Assembly: GCA_965224025.1 (NCBI GenBank)
Contig: OZ245033.1
Coordinates: forward strand, 4,928,001-4,992,000
Reading direction: 5' to 3'
Origin: Candidatus Multivorans sp.
GTDB taxonomy: Bacteria > Acidobacteriota > Thermoanaerobaculia > Multivoradales > Multivoraceae
DNA: 64,000 bases
Shown piece by piece: positions 10,098 through 20,319 of this stretch (positions are counted from its first letter, which is position 1; each line of letters starts with the position of its first letter). The position numbers and the translations under genes were made by a program. A model generated the notes under the pieces. That model ran no database searches. It saw only the letters and a list, made by a program, of their open reading frames with translations, and was not told the DNA's origin.

Positions 10098-11075
10098 TCA
10101 CGACGGGGCGGACTCGCGCACGACGCCATGATAGCGGCGGCTTACGGGCACCACGTGACCGCCGAACAGGCGCAGACGCATCCTGCCGCCTTGCCTTGAC
10201 ATCCCCTCGATGTGGCGGTGGGCGACCCAGTAGGAGCGGTGTACCTGCATCCCGTAGTCACCCAGCTCGGCCACCGCGTCCGCGAAGCGCATCAGAATGA
10301 TGGCGTGACCGGCGACGGTGTACACGTCGATGTAGTGATCATCCACCTTCAGGAAAACCAGGTCGCGGCCCAGATCGGATGGCAGGCGGTCGAGAAACGG
10401 CGCCTGCGCGGTTTCGGTCGCGTCTGGCGCCGCTTGCGTAGAGGGGCGCTCGAGCACGGAGAGGCCCAGGCAAGCGGCGTCACCTGTCTCAGCGGCAGTC
10501 CCGTCCGCAACGAGGCCACCGTTCCCAACGTCCGTGCCGTCCGCAACGCCGGCGTCGGCAGCCGGCGTCGGCGGCCCGGGCTCCGCAGCATTCCCAACCT
10601 GCTGAAAGACGATGTAGTGGCTGAACCAGCTACACAAGATCGCCATGATCGTCACGGTCAGGAATATCTGCAGCAACGATGCGGAGGCCGCGTTGTCGGG
10701 ACGAAACAGCGAGTCGACGGTGTACACGACTGCCGTGCCGAGAAAGCCCATGAGCAGCACCGACGCCACTATCGCCGGTACCGTCTCGATGAGCGATCTG
10801 AAGCGCATCATGTAGAGCACAACGGCCGACATGGAGTGACAGAACGGCCAAGCGCCGGCAGCACAAAGGGCCCCATACGCCAGCCGGCGCAGCGGTCCGA
10901 GGGCCTCGAACGCACCCAGCGGATCGAAGACAGCCATCGCCACCACAAGCAGCGATACGTTGATGATCCCCACCGCGATGGTCCGGGCTCTCAGCCATTC
11001 ACGATATGCGAATCGCATACCGCGAGCGCGAACCGCACTACCCCCTTGCCTTGACGACAAAGGCGTTTCGCCCAC
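10098..11075 (-). CDS. Membrane-anchored LytTR-family transcriptional regulator
   Basis: About four hydrophobic N-terminal helices and a C-terminal LytTR domain (VDDHYIDVYT…MRFADAVAEL…QVHRSYWVA…VPVSRRY). Confidence 0.9.
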   Translation of the reverse strand: MGETPLSSRQGGSAVRARGMRFAYREWLRARTIAVGIINVSLLVVAMAVFDPLGAFEALGPLRRLAYGALCAAGAWPFCHSMSAVVLYMMRFRSLIETVPAIVASVLLMGFLGTAVVYTVDSLFRPDNAASASLLQIFLTVTIMAILCSWFSHYIVFQQVGNAAEPGPPTPAADAGVADGTDVGNGGLVADGTAAETGDAACLGLSVLERPSTQAAPDATETAQAPFLDRLPSDLGRDLVFLKVDDHYIDVYTVAGHAIILMRFADAVAELGDYGMQVHRSYWVAHRHIEGMSRQGGRMRLRLFGGHVVPVSRRYHGVVRESAPS

Positions 11076-11225
11076 GTCTCTCCTCCCCTGTCACCTTGCG
11101 TCAGCCAGTCGTCATCCGACCAAAGCTGGACATCGGGTCGAAGGTCGCTTCCGACTGGACCGGGGCGTGCGTATGCAACCCCTCGACTCTGATGCTGCCA
11201 CCATCGCCCGGGGTTTGCTGCACCT

Positions 11226-11337
11226 TTACGTGAATGACGGAGAAGTACGTGGACAGCACATTTTCTTCGCCGACGGAAGACGTAGTCGCAATTCGCGTAT
11301 CGTGTATCGCAAGAAGCCCAGTTGCGCATGATCGGCG
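11226..11337 (-). promoter_or_regulatory. Conserved upstream element, copy 2 (5' of LytTR gene)
   Basis: Imperfect direct repeat of 9959-10071. Confidence 0.7.
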
Positions 11338-11500
11338 ACGCACTTCCCAAGATCGTCCTCCCCCACCCATCAGTGTAAGCACGAGCCGGAATCTAGCCCG
11401 ATCTTCTCCAGGGGTCCCACTCCGACAAGGTTTCTTGACCAGCCATGTGTCGTGGTGCAGCGCATCTGTGGCCACCCGAGGCGAGTGCTAGCCTCGCCCC

Positions 11501-12264
11501 ATGACCTCCCACGACGTCCGCCGCATTTCGATCTCTCCGGACGCACTGCTCTGATCACCGGCGGCAGCCGCGGACTGGGCCGTGAAATGTCGCTTGCCTT
11601 CGCCGCCGGCGCCGACGTCGTCGTCGCCAGCCGGAAAATCGACTCCTGCCGCGAGGTGGTGGCGGAGATCGAGACGATGGGCCGCCAGGGGCTCGCCCAC
11701 GCCTGCCATGCCGGTCACTGGGATGAGGTCGATAGGCTCATCAACGCCGTCTACGAACGGTTCGGCAAGGTCGACGTGCTGGTCAACAACGCCGGCATGT
11801 CGCCGCTCTACCCCAGCCTGTCCGAGGTCGGCGAGGCGTTGTTCGACAAGGTGATCGGAGTGAACCTGAAGGGACCGTTCCGGCTCGCGGCGGTGATCGG
11901 GGAGCGCATGGCCGACGGGGACGGCGGCAGCATCATCAACGTGACGAGCACGGCCGCGATCCACCCCAGCGCCAACGCCGAACCCTACGGCGCGGCCAAG
12001 GCCGGACTGAACTCGCTGACCGAATCGCTGGCCCACGCCTACGGTCCGAAGGTCCGCGTCAACGCGATCATGCCCGGGCCCTTCCTGACCGACATCTCGA
12101 AGGCCTGGGACATGGAGGCGTTCAACAGGCGGGCGAAGACCTCGATCGCCCTGGGTCGCGGCGGCGAACCGGACGAGATCGTCGGCGCCGCGCTCTACCT
12201 GGCTTCCGACGCCTCCAGCTACACGACCGGCGCCGTACTGCGAATCGACGGCGGCAGCCGCCGA
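11501..12264 (+). CDS. Short-chain dehydrogenase/reductase (apparent 5' frameshift and lost stop)
   Basis: TGGSRGLG, NNAG, YGAAK and IDGG motifs. ATG 11501 is out of frame with FDLSGRTAL, and the expected stop position reads CGA (12262-12264). Confidence 0.8.
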
Positions 12265-12333
12265 GGGCGCGCCCTCGGCTACCTGGACCGAGGGCGACCG
12301 AGCCGCGCCCCGACCGACGCCTCAAGCCTCCAG

Positions 12334-13113
12334 TCAGGCGCGGCGAACGGTCAACCCGCCGTCCACCGGCAACGCCACGCCGGTGATGAAGGACGAAGCG
12401 GGCAGGCAGAGATGCAGCGTGCCGTGGGCCACCTCCTCGGGATCGCCGTAGCGCCGCAGGGCGGTGCGCCGGCGGGCGTAGATCTGCTTGTGCTCCTCGG
12501 GGATCCGCTCCGTCATCGCCGTGCGGATCGGCCCGGGGCAGATGCAGTTGACGGTGATCCCCTCCTTGCCGAGTTCCACCGCCAGGCCTCGGGTCAGCCC
12601 GATGACCCCCGTCTTCGCCGCCGAGTAGGCGCTGTTCAGTGGCGTCGCGCCCAGTCCTTCGGTCGAGGCGATGTTCACGATCCGCGGCGAACTCGACTTG
12701 CGGAGATGGGGCAGCGCCGCGCGGATCGTCCGCTGATGGGCGGTCAGGAGCACGTTGACCGTCTCGTGCCAGCGCTCCTCGTACTCGTCGGCGTCGATCG
12801 GCCCGCCGCGCGAGATGCCCGCGTTGTTTACCAGGATGTCCAGGCCGCCGTAGCGATCGGCGACTTCGCCGACCACCCGCTGGATCGCATCCGCGTCGCC
12901 CACGTCGAGGGTCCACGCCGTCGCCTCGCGCCCCGCGGCGCGGATCTCCGCCACCACGGCCTCAACCCCCGGGCCGTTGATGTCCGTGGCCGCGACATTG
13001 GCGCCCTCGGCCGCGAACAGCCTTGCCGTCGCCCGGCCCATGCCAGAGGCGCAACCCGTGATCAGCGCCGTCTTCCCCGCCACCGATCGGTTCAGCGTGC
13101 TCAGTTCCGTCAT
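12334..13113 (-). CDS. Short-chain dehydrogenase/reductase (FabG-like)
   Basis: TGCASGMG, NNAG, YSAAK and VDGG motifs. ATG overlaps the upstream TGA. Confidence 0.92.
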   Translation of the reverse strand: MTELSTLNRSVAGKTALITGCASGMGRATARLFAAEGANVAATDINGPGVEAVVAEIRAAGREATAWTLDVGDADAIQRVVGEVADRYGGLDILVNNAGISRGGPIDADEYEERWHETVNVLLTAHQRTIRAALPHLRKSSSPRIVNIASTEGLGATPLNSAYSAAKTGVIGLTRGLAVELGKEGITVNCICPGPIRTAMTERIPEEHKQIYARRRTALRRYGDPEEVAHGTLHLCLPASSFITGVALPVDGGLTVRRA

Positions 13114-14516
13114 CAGGATGCTCCGCCGCCCGTCTCCACCCAAGCCAGGGTCTCGTCCAGGCCGCGACTGAAGCGTTCCAGGATCTCGTCGACGTCCGAC
13201 TCGGTGACGATCAGCGGCGGGCAGAAGGCCACCGTGTCGCCGAGCGCCCGCAGAATGACGCCGTGGTCCAGGCAACGATCCTGGCAGTACGTCCCGATGC
13301 CGCGCGTCACCGGGAAGGCCTCACGCGTCTCCTTGTCGGCAACGAGTTCGCAGGCGCCGAGCAGCCCGACGCCGCGCGTCTCCCCCACCAGCGGGTGATC
13401 CGCGAACCGCCGCAGCCCGGCCTGGAAGTACCGACCGACCCGGTCGGCACGGGCGTAGAGATCGCCCTTTTCCATCAGCTCCAGAGCTTTGAGCGCTACC
13501 GCGGCACAGACCGGATGCCCCGTGTAGGTGAAGCCGTGGCCGAACAGGCCCCAGCGCTCGCCCGCTTCGACGAAGACATCGACCATCTCGTCCGGCACCA
13601 GCACCGCGCTGATCGGCATGTAGGCGGATGACAGGGCTTTCGCGACCGAGACGGTATCCGGCCTCATGCCCATCGCCTCGGCGCCGAACGGCGTACCGAG
13701 CCGGCCGAACCCGCAGATTACCTCGTCGTCGATCAGCAGCACGTCGTGCTCGTCGAGGACCTTCTGGATCGCCGGGTAGTAACCCTCGGGCGGCACGACG
13801 ACGCCGCCGGCGCCCAGAACCGGCTCGGCAATGAAGGCCGCGACGGTTTCGGGCCCCTCGGCTCGGATCAACTTGTCGAGTTCGGCCGCCAGCCGGGCAG
13901 TGAACTCCGCTTCCGTCTCGCCCGGCTTGCCGTCCCGGTAGTAGTGCGGACAGGTCACGTGGCGGAACTGCGGCAGCGGCAGGTCGAAGCTCTTGTGGAA
14001 CGGGGGCAGCCCGGTCATGCTGCCGGCTGCCAGCGAGACGCCGTGGTAGCCGCGGCGGCGGCTGATGATCTTCTTCTTCTCCGGCCGACCGAGCGCGTTG
14101 TTGTAGTACCAGACGAGCTTGACCTGGGTGTCGTTCGCGTCCGATCCGGAGGTGCCGAAGAAGGCCTTCGCGTTCGCAATCGGCCCGATCTCGCGCAGCT
14201 TCTCGGCCAGCGCGACCGCCGGTTCGTGGCTGCGACCGGCGAAGAGATGGGAGAAGGAGAGCTTCCGAATCTGCTCGGCGGCGGCTTCCGCGAGTTCCTC
14301 CACTCCGTAGCCCAGGGCGGTGCACCACAGGCCGGCCAACCCCTCGATGTACTCCTTGCCGTGCTCGTCCCAGACCCGGATACCCCGACCCCGTTCGATG
14401 ACCAGCGGCCCGTCGCGGCGAAGGGCTGGAAGGTCCGTCGTCGGATGGAGGACGGACAGGTGGTCGCGATCTGACGTCGAAGGGGCGAACGTAGTCGCCG
14501 CGGCGGGTAGGCTCAT
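13113..14516 (-). CDS. Class III PLP aminotransferase (omega-amino acid transaminase-like)
   Basis: GLWC, SGSDAND, YHG, IAEPVLGAGG, DEVICGFGRLG, AKALSS and HGFTY motifs. Confidence 0.93.
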   Translation of the reverse strand: MSLPAAATTFAPSTSDRDHLSVLHPTTDLPALRRDGPLVIERGRGIRVWDEHGKEYIEGLAGLWCTALGYGVEELAEAAAEQIRKLSFSHLFAGRSHEPAVALAEKLREIGPIANAKAFFGTSGSDANDTQVKLVWYYNNALGRPEKKKIISRRRGYHGVSLAAGSMTGLPPFHKSFDLPLPQFRHVTCPHYYRDGKPGETEAEFTARLAAELDKLIRAEGPETVAAFIAEPVLGAGGVVVPPEGYYPAIQKVLDEHDVLLIDDEVICGFGRLGTPFGAEAMGMRPDTVSVAKALSSAYMPISAVLVPDEMVDVFVEAGERWGLFGHGFTYTGHPVCAAVALKALELMEKGDLYARADRVGRYFQAGLRRFADHPLVGETRGVGLLGACELVADKETREAFPVTRGIGTYCQDRCLDHGVILRALGDTVAFCPPLIVTESDVDEILERFSRGLDETLAWVETGGGAS

Positions 14517-14661
14517 GTCAACTCCCGGGTTCCATCCGTGCGCTCGACGACGAGCGCACGAACGGGTTCACGGATGGCGCGGACCGCGCCGCCCGGGTTC
14601 GGTTCATCGTCAAAGCAGGAGCAGTCTACGTCGCATCGATTTGCGACCGCACCGGCGGTGT

Positions 14662-17600
14662 TCAGAGATCGGTGTCGCCCCGGAGAAGCTGGCGAGCGAT
14701 CATCCGGTTCATGATCTCGTTCGAACCGTCGGCCACGTTCGTGCCCCGGCCAACCTTCACGTCCACCACGTCGAATCCGCGCCGTCGCGTCACCTCGCCG
14801 GTAGCGGCGAAGAACCAACGTCCAGGCGCCAGACTCACCACTGGCTCTTCTCCACCCGACTTGTAGCGGATTGCCCCCTCGGGATCGAGTGGTGTCCGCG
14901 ACCAGACCACTTGTGCCTCTTCATCGGGCGCCAGGCCAGCGACTCGAACTCGCAGCCGCCCAAGAGCCTCCAGCCGAAGCAACGCTCCGTTGACCGAATT
15001 CGGTCGCAGATCGACCGCTTCCTCCAAGTCGCCGCTCGTCGATCGCACCGCAACTTCGTAGGCGCCGGGAACGGCCGACAACGTGAAGCCACCGTCCGCA
15101 GTCGACAGGGTTCGATATATGTCGACAGATTCGGGGGAACGAAGCGCGACCGACGCTCCGACGACTGCAGCGCCCGCAGCATCGAGCACTCTCCCCGAGA
15201 AGACTCGATCGCTGAGATCCAGCCCGACCTCGTTCTCGCCCGCGACCAACTTGACGATGCGACTGACGATGCGACCGGTTGCAGGATGCTCCGCGAAAAT
15301 GGTCTGTAGTCCGGTACGAGCACGAAGCAGGAAGCGCCCATCATCCGAAGACTCGGTGGCCTTCCTGCCGATCCAGACCCGCACCGCCCTCAAGGGGCCC
15401 GATTCCGACCACACCTCGCCATGGACCATGGCGCCCAGCGGTGCCAGACGCGCAACGAAGGCGTTCTCCCCTTCGAACTCCGACACATGAACGGACCGTT
15501 GCCAAAGTTCCGTCTCGGGCGAGGAGACTCGCAGGTCGTAGTCGCCTGGCGCAAGACCGACGATCCGTTGTTCTGGCCCCGGTTGGCACGCCTCGCGCCT
15601 CCCGGAAGATCCGGTCGACGAGGTACCCAGCCGCACCATCAGCAGAGCGGAACAGTCTGTTGGCGCCCCCGCTTCGTCCTCGACCCGAACCGACACGGCA
15701 ACCCCTGGTTCACGCACTATCTCCACTGGCTGGTCCCTGAGAGCAAGACCGACGACACGTTCCGGGAGATAACCGTCAGCCGTGACCTGAAGGTTGAGCA
15801 TGTCGCCGGGCAGCAGGCCTCCGATGGAGAAATCTCCGCCCGCCATCTCGGCCTCGGCGGGATTCAGGAGAAGGGCGGGACTTCCGACAGGTAGGGAGGG
15901 AGGAGCTTCCGCACCCGCCCTGGAGTACAACACCTGAACATCCACCACCAGACGGCCATCGGCACCAAGGACTCTGCCAACCAGCTTCTCACCGGGCCGG
16001 AGAACAACGGCGCCAAGATCGATCACCGTTTGACCTGTCGCCCGCCCTGGGAGCATCCGGGTCTCCGTAACCCAACCAGACGCCGCCGCGACCAGCGCAC
16101 GACCCTCGGATCGGCCCCGAGGCAACTTCAGCCGAAACCGGCCGCCGGCATCGGAGACCGCCCAGGTTATCCCTTCCACGATCCTCCAGCGGCTCGGCGG
16201 CCCGTGGACCAAGTACGCCAAGTCGCGGTTCACTGTCGTCACTTCCGCGCCCGCTATGGGCTCACCATCCGGCCCGCAGAGTCGCCCAGCCAACCAGAGT
16301 TCGGGCACGAGGACGAAATCCGCTCGTTCGGCAGCCACCGTCGGCGGCAAGAGCACTCCAACCGAAACCGGGCCGAACCCCTCCTTATGCGCTTCGACAC
16401 GCAAATCCTCGTGCGTGGGGAGATCGACCAGACGGTACTGGCCTTCTTGGTCGGTCGTCGTCGCGGCGGTCACGAGGGCCCCGGCGACCCGATAGGGAGG
16501 CGGGTCAACCACCCGCACCGTAGCTCCGACCAGGGGAAGACCCAGCTCATCGGTCACCCTTCCTTCGATAGTCCCTGCAAGCGGCAGTGCCAGATCGATA
16601 CCTGCTCTCCCGCCCAGCGGGCGACGCGCGGGAAGACGCCCGGGAGCCCACGCCGCCAGCACCCACGCATCTCTCGAAGCGACCTGCCCATGCGGAACCC
16701 TGTGAGCAAAATGGCCTCGTTCGTTCGTGGGACTCACTTCCGGCGCGAGAGGCGACAGGGGAGAACGCCGAGCCCACCTCAATGGCCCCAACGCCGAGGA
16801 CCTTCCCCAGTCAAAGGCAGGATCCAGCCTCTGTTCGACCCAAACGAGAGCACCTTCGCCGCTTGATTCAACAGGTGACCGTACGCTACCGCGCACATTG
16901 AAACCTCGAGCGGTCGCGCCGCCTCCGCCGGACTTGAACTCACCCGGGCCCTGCGCCTCGGCGACTTGCGTGTCACTTTCCGCGCTGCGACTCGCGACAG
17001 GGTCAGTCCCTGCGGCGCTACCGCTTCCTTGCGTGCCCAAGTCGCCCCCGGGAGCCAGATTGAGCGACGAGCGGAGACGCTCCATGGACTCGAAGCGAAC
17101 GTCGCAACCCGCGTGAAGAAGCGGCCCATCCACCTCCGGGCGATTGCGACTCGCCACAGCTGGCCTCAGCGAGCCCGAGACCGTCACAAGGTCCACGGTC
17201 CCGGTCCCGGAGCCCAACGTCGTCGCCAGCATCGCCGGCCGCCATCCCGGACCGCCAGTGAACTCCTCGACTGGCCAAAGCAACGCGGGGCTCGGTTCGG
17301 CCGCATCCACCAAGCTCACCCGGCAGGTCCGACCAGCCTGAAGACGCACCGGCGGCGCCTCGACACGCCCGCCCCGAGCCATGACGAGGACCTCCTGGGC
17401 CACGGCGGTTGGCGCCGAAACCACCAGCCGGTAGCGCCCGGGAGCGACCTCGACGGCAAAACGACCACTTCTCTCGACCGGGGCCACAGCCAGAGGCGAG
17501 ACCGCGCGCTCGTGCCCATCAGCGACGTCCTCCACCCACGAGAAGTCAGGCGCCGGCCACACCGCGACAACAGCCTCGGCGTCCGCACGCCCCTCAAACT

Positions 17601-17745
17601 CCACACGCCCCCCAACCAGGACTGGAGCCAACGTCCTGTCAGGGATCTCGGGCCTCTCCACGTGCGCTGTCGTCTGCCCAACCGCCGGGCAAGCCAAGAA
17701 CGCAAGCGCGGCAACACAACGGAGACCTGTGCCGTGTTGGGGCAA
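14662..17745 (-). CDS. Secreted multi-domain carboxypeptidase-regulatory-like (transthyretin-like) repeat protein, C-terminally fused to an acyl-CoA dehydrogenase tail
   Basis: Repeated GRVTDELGLPLVGATV / GRLCGPDGEPIAGAEV / GRVLDAAGAAVVGASV units. The last ~25 aa are NVADGSNEIMNRMIARQLLRGDTDL. Confidence 0.75.
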   Translation of the reverse strand: MPQHGTGLRCVAALAFLACPAVGQTTAHVERPEIPDRTLAPVLVGGRVEFEGRADAEAVVAVWPAPDFSWVEDVADGHERAVSPLAVAPVERSGRFAVEVAPGRYRLVVSAPTAVAQEVLVMARGGRVEAPPVRLQAGRTCRVSLVDAAEPSPALLWPVEEFTGGPGWRPAMLATTLGSGTGTVDLVTVSGSLRPAVASRNRPEVDGPLLHAGCDVRFESMERLRSSLNLAPGGDLGTQGSGSAAGTDPVASRSAESDTQVAEAQGPGEFKSGGGGATARGFNVRGSVRSPVESSGEGALVWVEQRLDPAFDWGRSSALGPLRWARRSPLSPLAPEVSPTNERGHFAHRVPHGQVASRDAWVLAAWAPGRLPARRPLGGRAGIDLALPLAGTIEGRVTDELGLPLVGATVRVVDPPPYRVAGALVTAATTTDQEGQYRLVDLPTHEDLRVEAHKEGFGPVSVGVLLPPTVAAERADFVLVPELWLAGRLCGPDGEPIAGAEVTTVNRDLAYLVHGPPSRWRIVEGITWAVSDAGGRFRLKLPRGRSEGRALVAAASGWVTETRMLPGRATGQTVIDLGAVVLRPGEKLVGRVLGADGRLVVDVQVLYSRAGAEAPPSLPVGSPALLLNPAEAEMAGGDFSIGGLLPGDMLNLQVTADGYLPERVVGLALRDQPVEIVREPGVAVSVRVEDEAGAPTDCSALLMVRLGTSSTGSSGRREACQPGPEQRIVGLAPGDYDLRVSSPETELWQRSVHVSEFEGENAFVARLAPLGAMVHGEVWSESGPLRAVRVWIGRKATESSDDGRFLLRARTGLQTIFAEHPATGRIVSRIVKLVAGENEVGLDLSDRVFSGRVLDAAGAAVVGASVALRSPESVDIYRTLSTADGGFTLSAVPGAYEVAVRSTSGDLEEAVDLRPNSVNGALLRLEALGRLRVRVAGLAPDEEAQVVWSRTPLDPEGAIRYKSGGEEPVVSLAPGRWFFAATGEVTRRRGFDVVDVKVGRGTNVADGSNEIMNRMIARQLLRGDTDL

Positions 17746-17985
17746 CCCGACGGTACCTTTCAGGATAGCCTCGCCCGATCTCTTTGCCGATCAGTCAGGG
17801 TCGCAACTGATCGGTACCTGCCCGCCAGGCGTTTGACAAATGATCCCGTGCTGATTCGAGGTGCCGCTGGTGGTCCCGGGAGGACAATCGATACTGCCAG
17901 GATGCCCAGGCGACGTACCTCCGCCGCCACAATCGTTCCACGCGTTGACTCTGTCAACAATGCCGTCATTGTCGTAGTCGCGAGC

Positions 17986-18144
17986 TCAAGCCCCCCAGCG
18001 TCGCCCGTCCGCGTTCTTCGGACCACACTCAGAGGGTTGAACATTCGACGCCGAGCAGGGGCTCGAGTCGTTGCCACAGCCCGTCGCCAGCGCGGCTATG
18101 GCCACCAGCACAAGTACACCCCTTCTTTCTGCTTGCTTCTCCAT
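17986..18144 (-). CDS. Small putative lipoprotein (possibly truncated or frameshifted)
   Basis: GGAGG RBS and MEKQAERRGVLVLVAIAALATGC lipobox-like leader. Confidence 0.4.
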   Translation of the reverse strand: MEKQAERRGVLVLVAIAALATGCGNDSSPCSASNVQPSECGPKNADGRRWGA

Positions 18145-18236
18145 CGCTACTATTGCCTCCCTTCGTTGCATTGGCGTGCCCGCTCGTGACGCAGAGTGCA
18201 TCAGCGAGGCTGAGACACTCATTCGGCGAATGGAGC

Positions 18237-19883
18237 TTATCTCCTGTGAAGCGCTTGGTCCAAGGCGTCCAGCTTCTCCTTCCACAGGCCTGCCTGGACA
18301 CCAACCTCGTCGCCGACGACGAGCGCCAGGGCGCTGTCCGCCTCGTACCTCGGCCACACCGGCAAGCCCTCGCCGTTCGGATCCCCGGTCTTGGCGAAGT
18401 TCGTCCAGTAGCTCGACAACAGGTCGGCGACCTCGTGGTCCCAGTCCTCCCAGTTGATCCCGACCAGGTCGGTGTTGCCGAACACGTAGGCGAGATCGCC
18501 GGAGTGGTAAGCGCCGAACCGGCGGGGACCGCCCTCTCCACCCAGGTCCGGTCGATCCGGAAGGTAAAGCCGAAACACCGGCGGCGCGTGACTGATGAAG
18601 TAGAGATACGCGTCACCGCCGGAGGCCGACGCGTGGCGGACCCACGTACGACTCCCCCAGCCGAAGATCGTGTCGGACGTGATCAGGGTCGGCACGGCCC
18701 CGGGCGCCTGCTCCGCCTCGGCGGCATAGGCCGCGAGCAGCCCTTCTGCCGCATCGCCGTAGTTCTCCTCCAACTGCTGTTCGAGTTCCGCCCGTTCGAG
18801 CGGCGGTCCGGGCGCGAACAGGGCGCTCGACTCGTCGCCCATGAAGCCGACCATCATCGGTACGCGATTGTGCTCGCCGCGGGCGTATATCGCCGCCGGC
18901 TGGTCGGGCAGGTACCAACCGTCGACGATCGTCTTCGAGCCGGGGGACCAACCGGAACTGCCGGCGGCCGCCAGCACGTCCTCGGCGGAAGCGGCACGGA
19001 GCTCCGCGACCGCGTCCTTCCCGGGATCTTTCCCAACGCCCAGTTCGCCGGCCAGCAGCTCGCCCCGCGTTTCCGCCTGCTCCAGGGTCTCGAGCGGCGT
19101 GAAGCAACCCGCTGACTGACCGACCGCTCGGTGAAACAGACCGGCCGCAAGCGGCGAGGCAACCAGACTGCAGACGCTCATCGAACCGGCCGACTGGCCG
19201 AAGATCAGGACCCGCTCCGGATCGCCGCCGAAGGCTTCGGCGTTCGCCCGCACCCATTCGAGCGCCGCGATCTTGTCCAGCAGGCCGTAGTTTCCCGAAG
19301 AGCCGTGCTCCGACTCGGCGCTCAGACCAGCATGCGCCAGGAAGCCGAAGGACCCGAGCCGATAGTTGATCGAGACCAGAACGACGCCCTTGCGCGCCAG
19401 CGCCGCGCCGTCGAACATGAGCGACGAACCGTGGCCCACCTCGTGGCTGCCGCCGTGGAACCAGACCATGACCGGGCGCGGGCCCTCGGTAGCGGCATCC
19501 GCGGCCGTCCAGAGGTCGAGGTACAGGCAGTCTTCGCTGCGCTCGATCTCGCCGCGGCTGTAGATCGACGTGTCGGGCGTGATTCCCTGCCAGCAGGGGG
19601 CGCCCGATTCGAGTGCGCCGCGAACCCCCTCCCACGACGCGGGGGGCCGCGGCGGACGCCAGCGCAGGTCGCCCACCGGCGGTGCCGCGTACGGGATGCC
19701 GCGGAACACGAGCACGTCGCCCGCGGGACCGCGCCCGTCATCGACCGCGGCGCCCTGGACGCGGCCGGACGCCGTCTCGACGACGAGGCCCGGGCCGTCG
19801 GCGCCGGGCTCTCCCGACCCGCCACAGGCGGCAGCAGCGACGGCGATCACGAAGACAAGTAGATACGGCGGCCTGCGTTGCAT
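18237..19883 (-). CDS. Type-B carboxylesterase (PnbA-like) lipoprotein
   Basis: GIPYAAPPVGDLRW, SEDCLYL, HGG, NYRLG, GQSAG nucleophile and AAAAC lipobox. Confidence 0.93.
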   Translation of the reverse strand: MQRRPPYLLVFVIAVAAAACGGSGEPGADGPGLVVETASGRVQGAAVDDGRGPAGDVLVFRGIPYAAPPVGDLRWRPPRPPASWEGVRGALESGAPCWQGITPDTSIYSRGEIERSEDCLYLDLWTAADAATEGPRPVMVWFHGGSHEVGHGSSLMFDGAALARKGVVLVSINYRLGSFGFLAHAGLSAESEHGSSGNYGLLDKIAALEWVRANAEAFGGDPERVLIFGQSAGSMSVCSLVASPLAAGLFHRAVGQSAGCFTPLETLEQAETRGELLAGELGVGKDPGKDAVAELRAASAEDVLAAAGSSGWSPGSKTIVDGWYLPDQPAAIYARGEHNRVPMMVGFMGDESSALFAPGPPLERAELEQQLEENYGDAAEGLLAAYAAEAEQAPGAVPTLITSDTIFGWGSRTWVRHASASGGDAYLYFISHAPPVFRLYLPDRPDLGGEGGPRRFGAYHSGDLAYVFGNTDLVGINWEDWDHEVADLLSSYWTNFAKTGDPNGEGLPVWPRYEADSALALVVGDEVGVQAGLWKEKLDALDQALHRR

Positions 19884-19907
19884 GGGAACTCCCCTCCGTT
19901 CACGGAA

Positions 19908-20309
19908 TCAGTCCTGCAACAGTAGCCGCTGCACCTGCTCGGAAAGCGGCACGGGCCGTCCGGCCCTGGTGTCCAGCAACACCCAACGATGCGTGAAGCG
20001 GGCGATCTCGCGGCCGTCCGCCGCGGAGAGGACCTCGAAGTCCTGGTCGAAGCCGTGATCGTTCGCCTCCGTCGTGCGCACCCGGATCCGCGCCCCCTCC
20101 TGCCACCGCAGCGGCGAGAAGTAGGTCGCCGCGGTCGAACGCTGCACGGCATAGACGTGTTCCGGCTTGTGCCCCGCGTCGATGCCGCAGTGCGACTCGA
20201 ACCGCGCGTACGCCATTTCGGTCAGCGCCAGCAACACACCGGCGTGGACGTAGCCGGTCGCCGCGAAGCAGTCCGAGTGTCGTGTCTCGAACTCGGTCTC
20301 GAACGTCAC
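19908..20309 (-). CDS. Acyl-CoA thioesterase (4HBT hot-dog family)
   Basis: RHSDCFAATGYVH…YFSPLR…WVLLDTRAGRPVPL. Confidence 0.8.
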   Translation of the reverse strand: MTFETEFETRHSDCFAATGYVHAGVLLALTEMAYARFESHCGIDAGHKPEHVYAVQRSTAATYFSPLRWQEGARIRVRTTEANDHGFDQDFEVLSAADGREIARFTHRWVLLDTRAGRPVPLSEQVQRLLLQD

Positions 20310-20319
20310 GCGAGCGGCC

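Noticed and set aside
11340-11475. Possible tail of a second decayed LytTR gene upstream of repeat copy 2
   Set aside because: Resemblance (RFRLVLTLMGG) is too weak to support.
11452-13398. 648-aa SDR fusion protein
   Set aside because: Homology ends at IDGG (~12255). The rest is read-through antisense to the convergent SDR.
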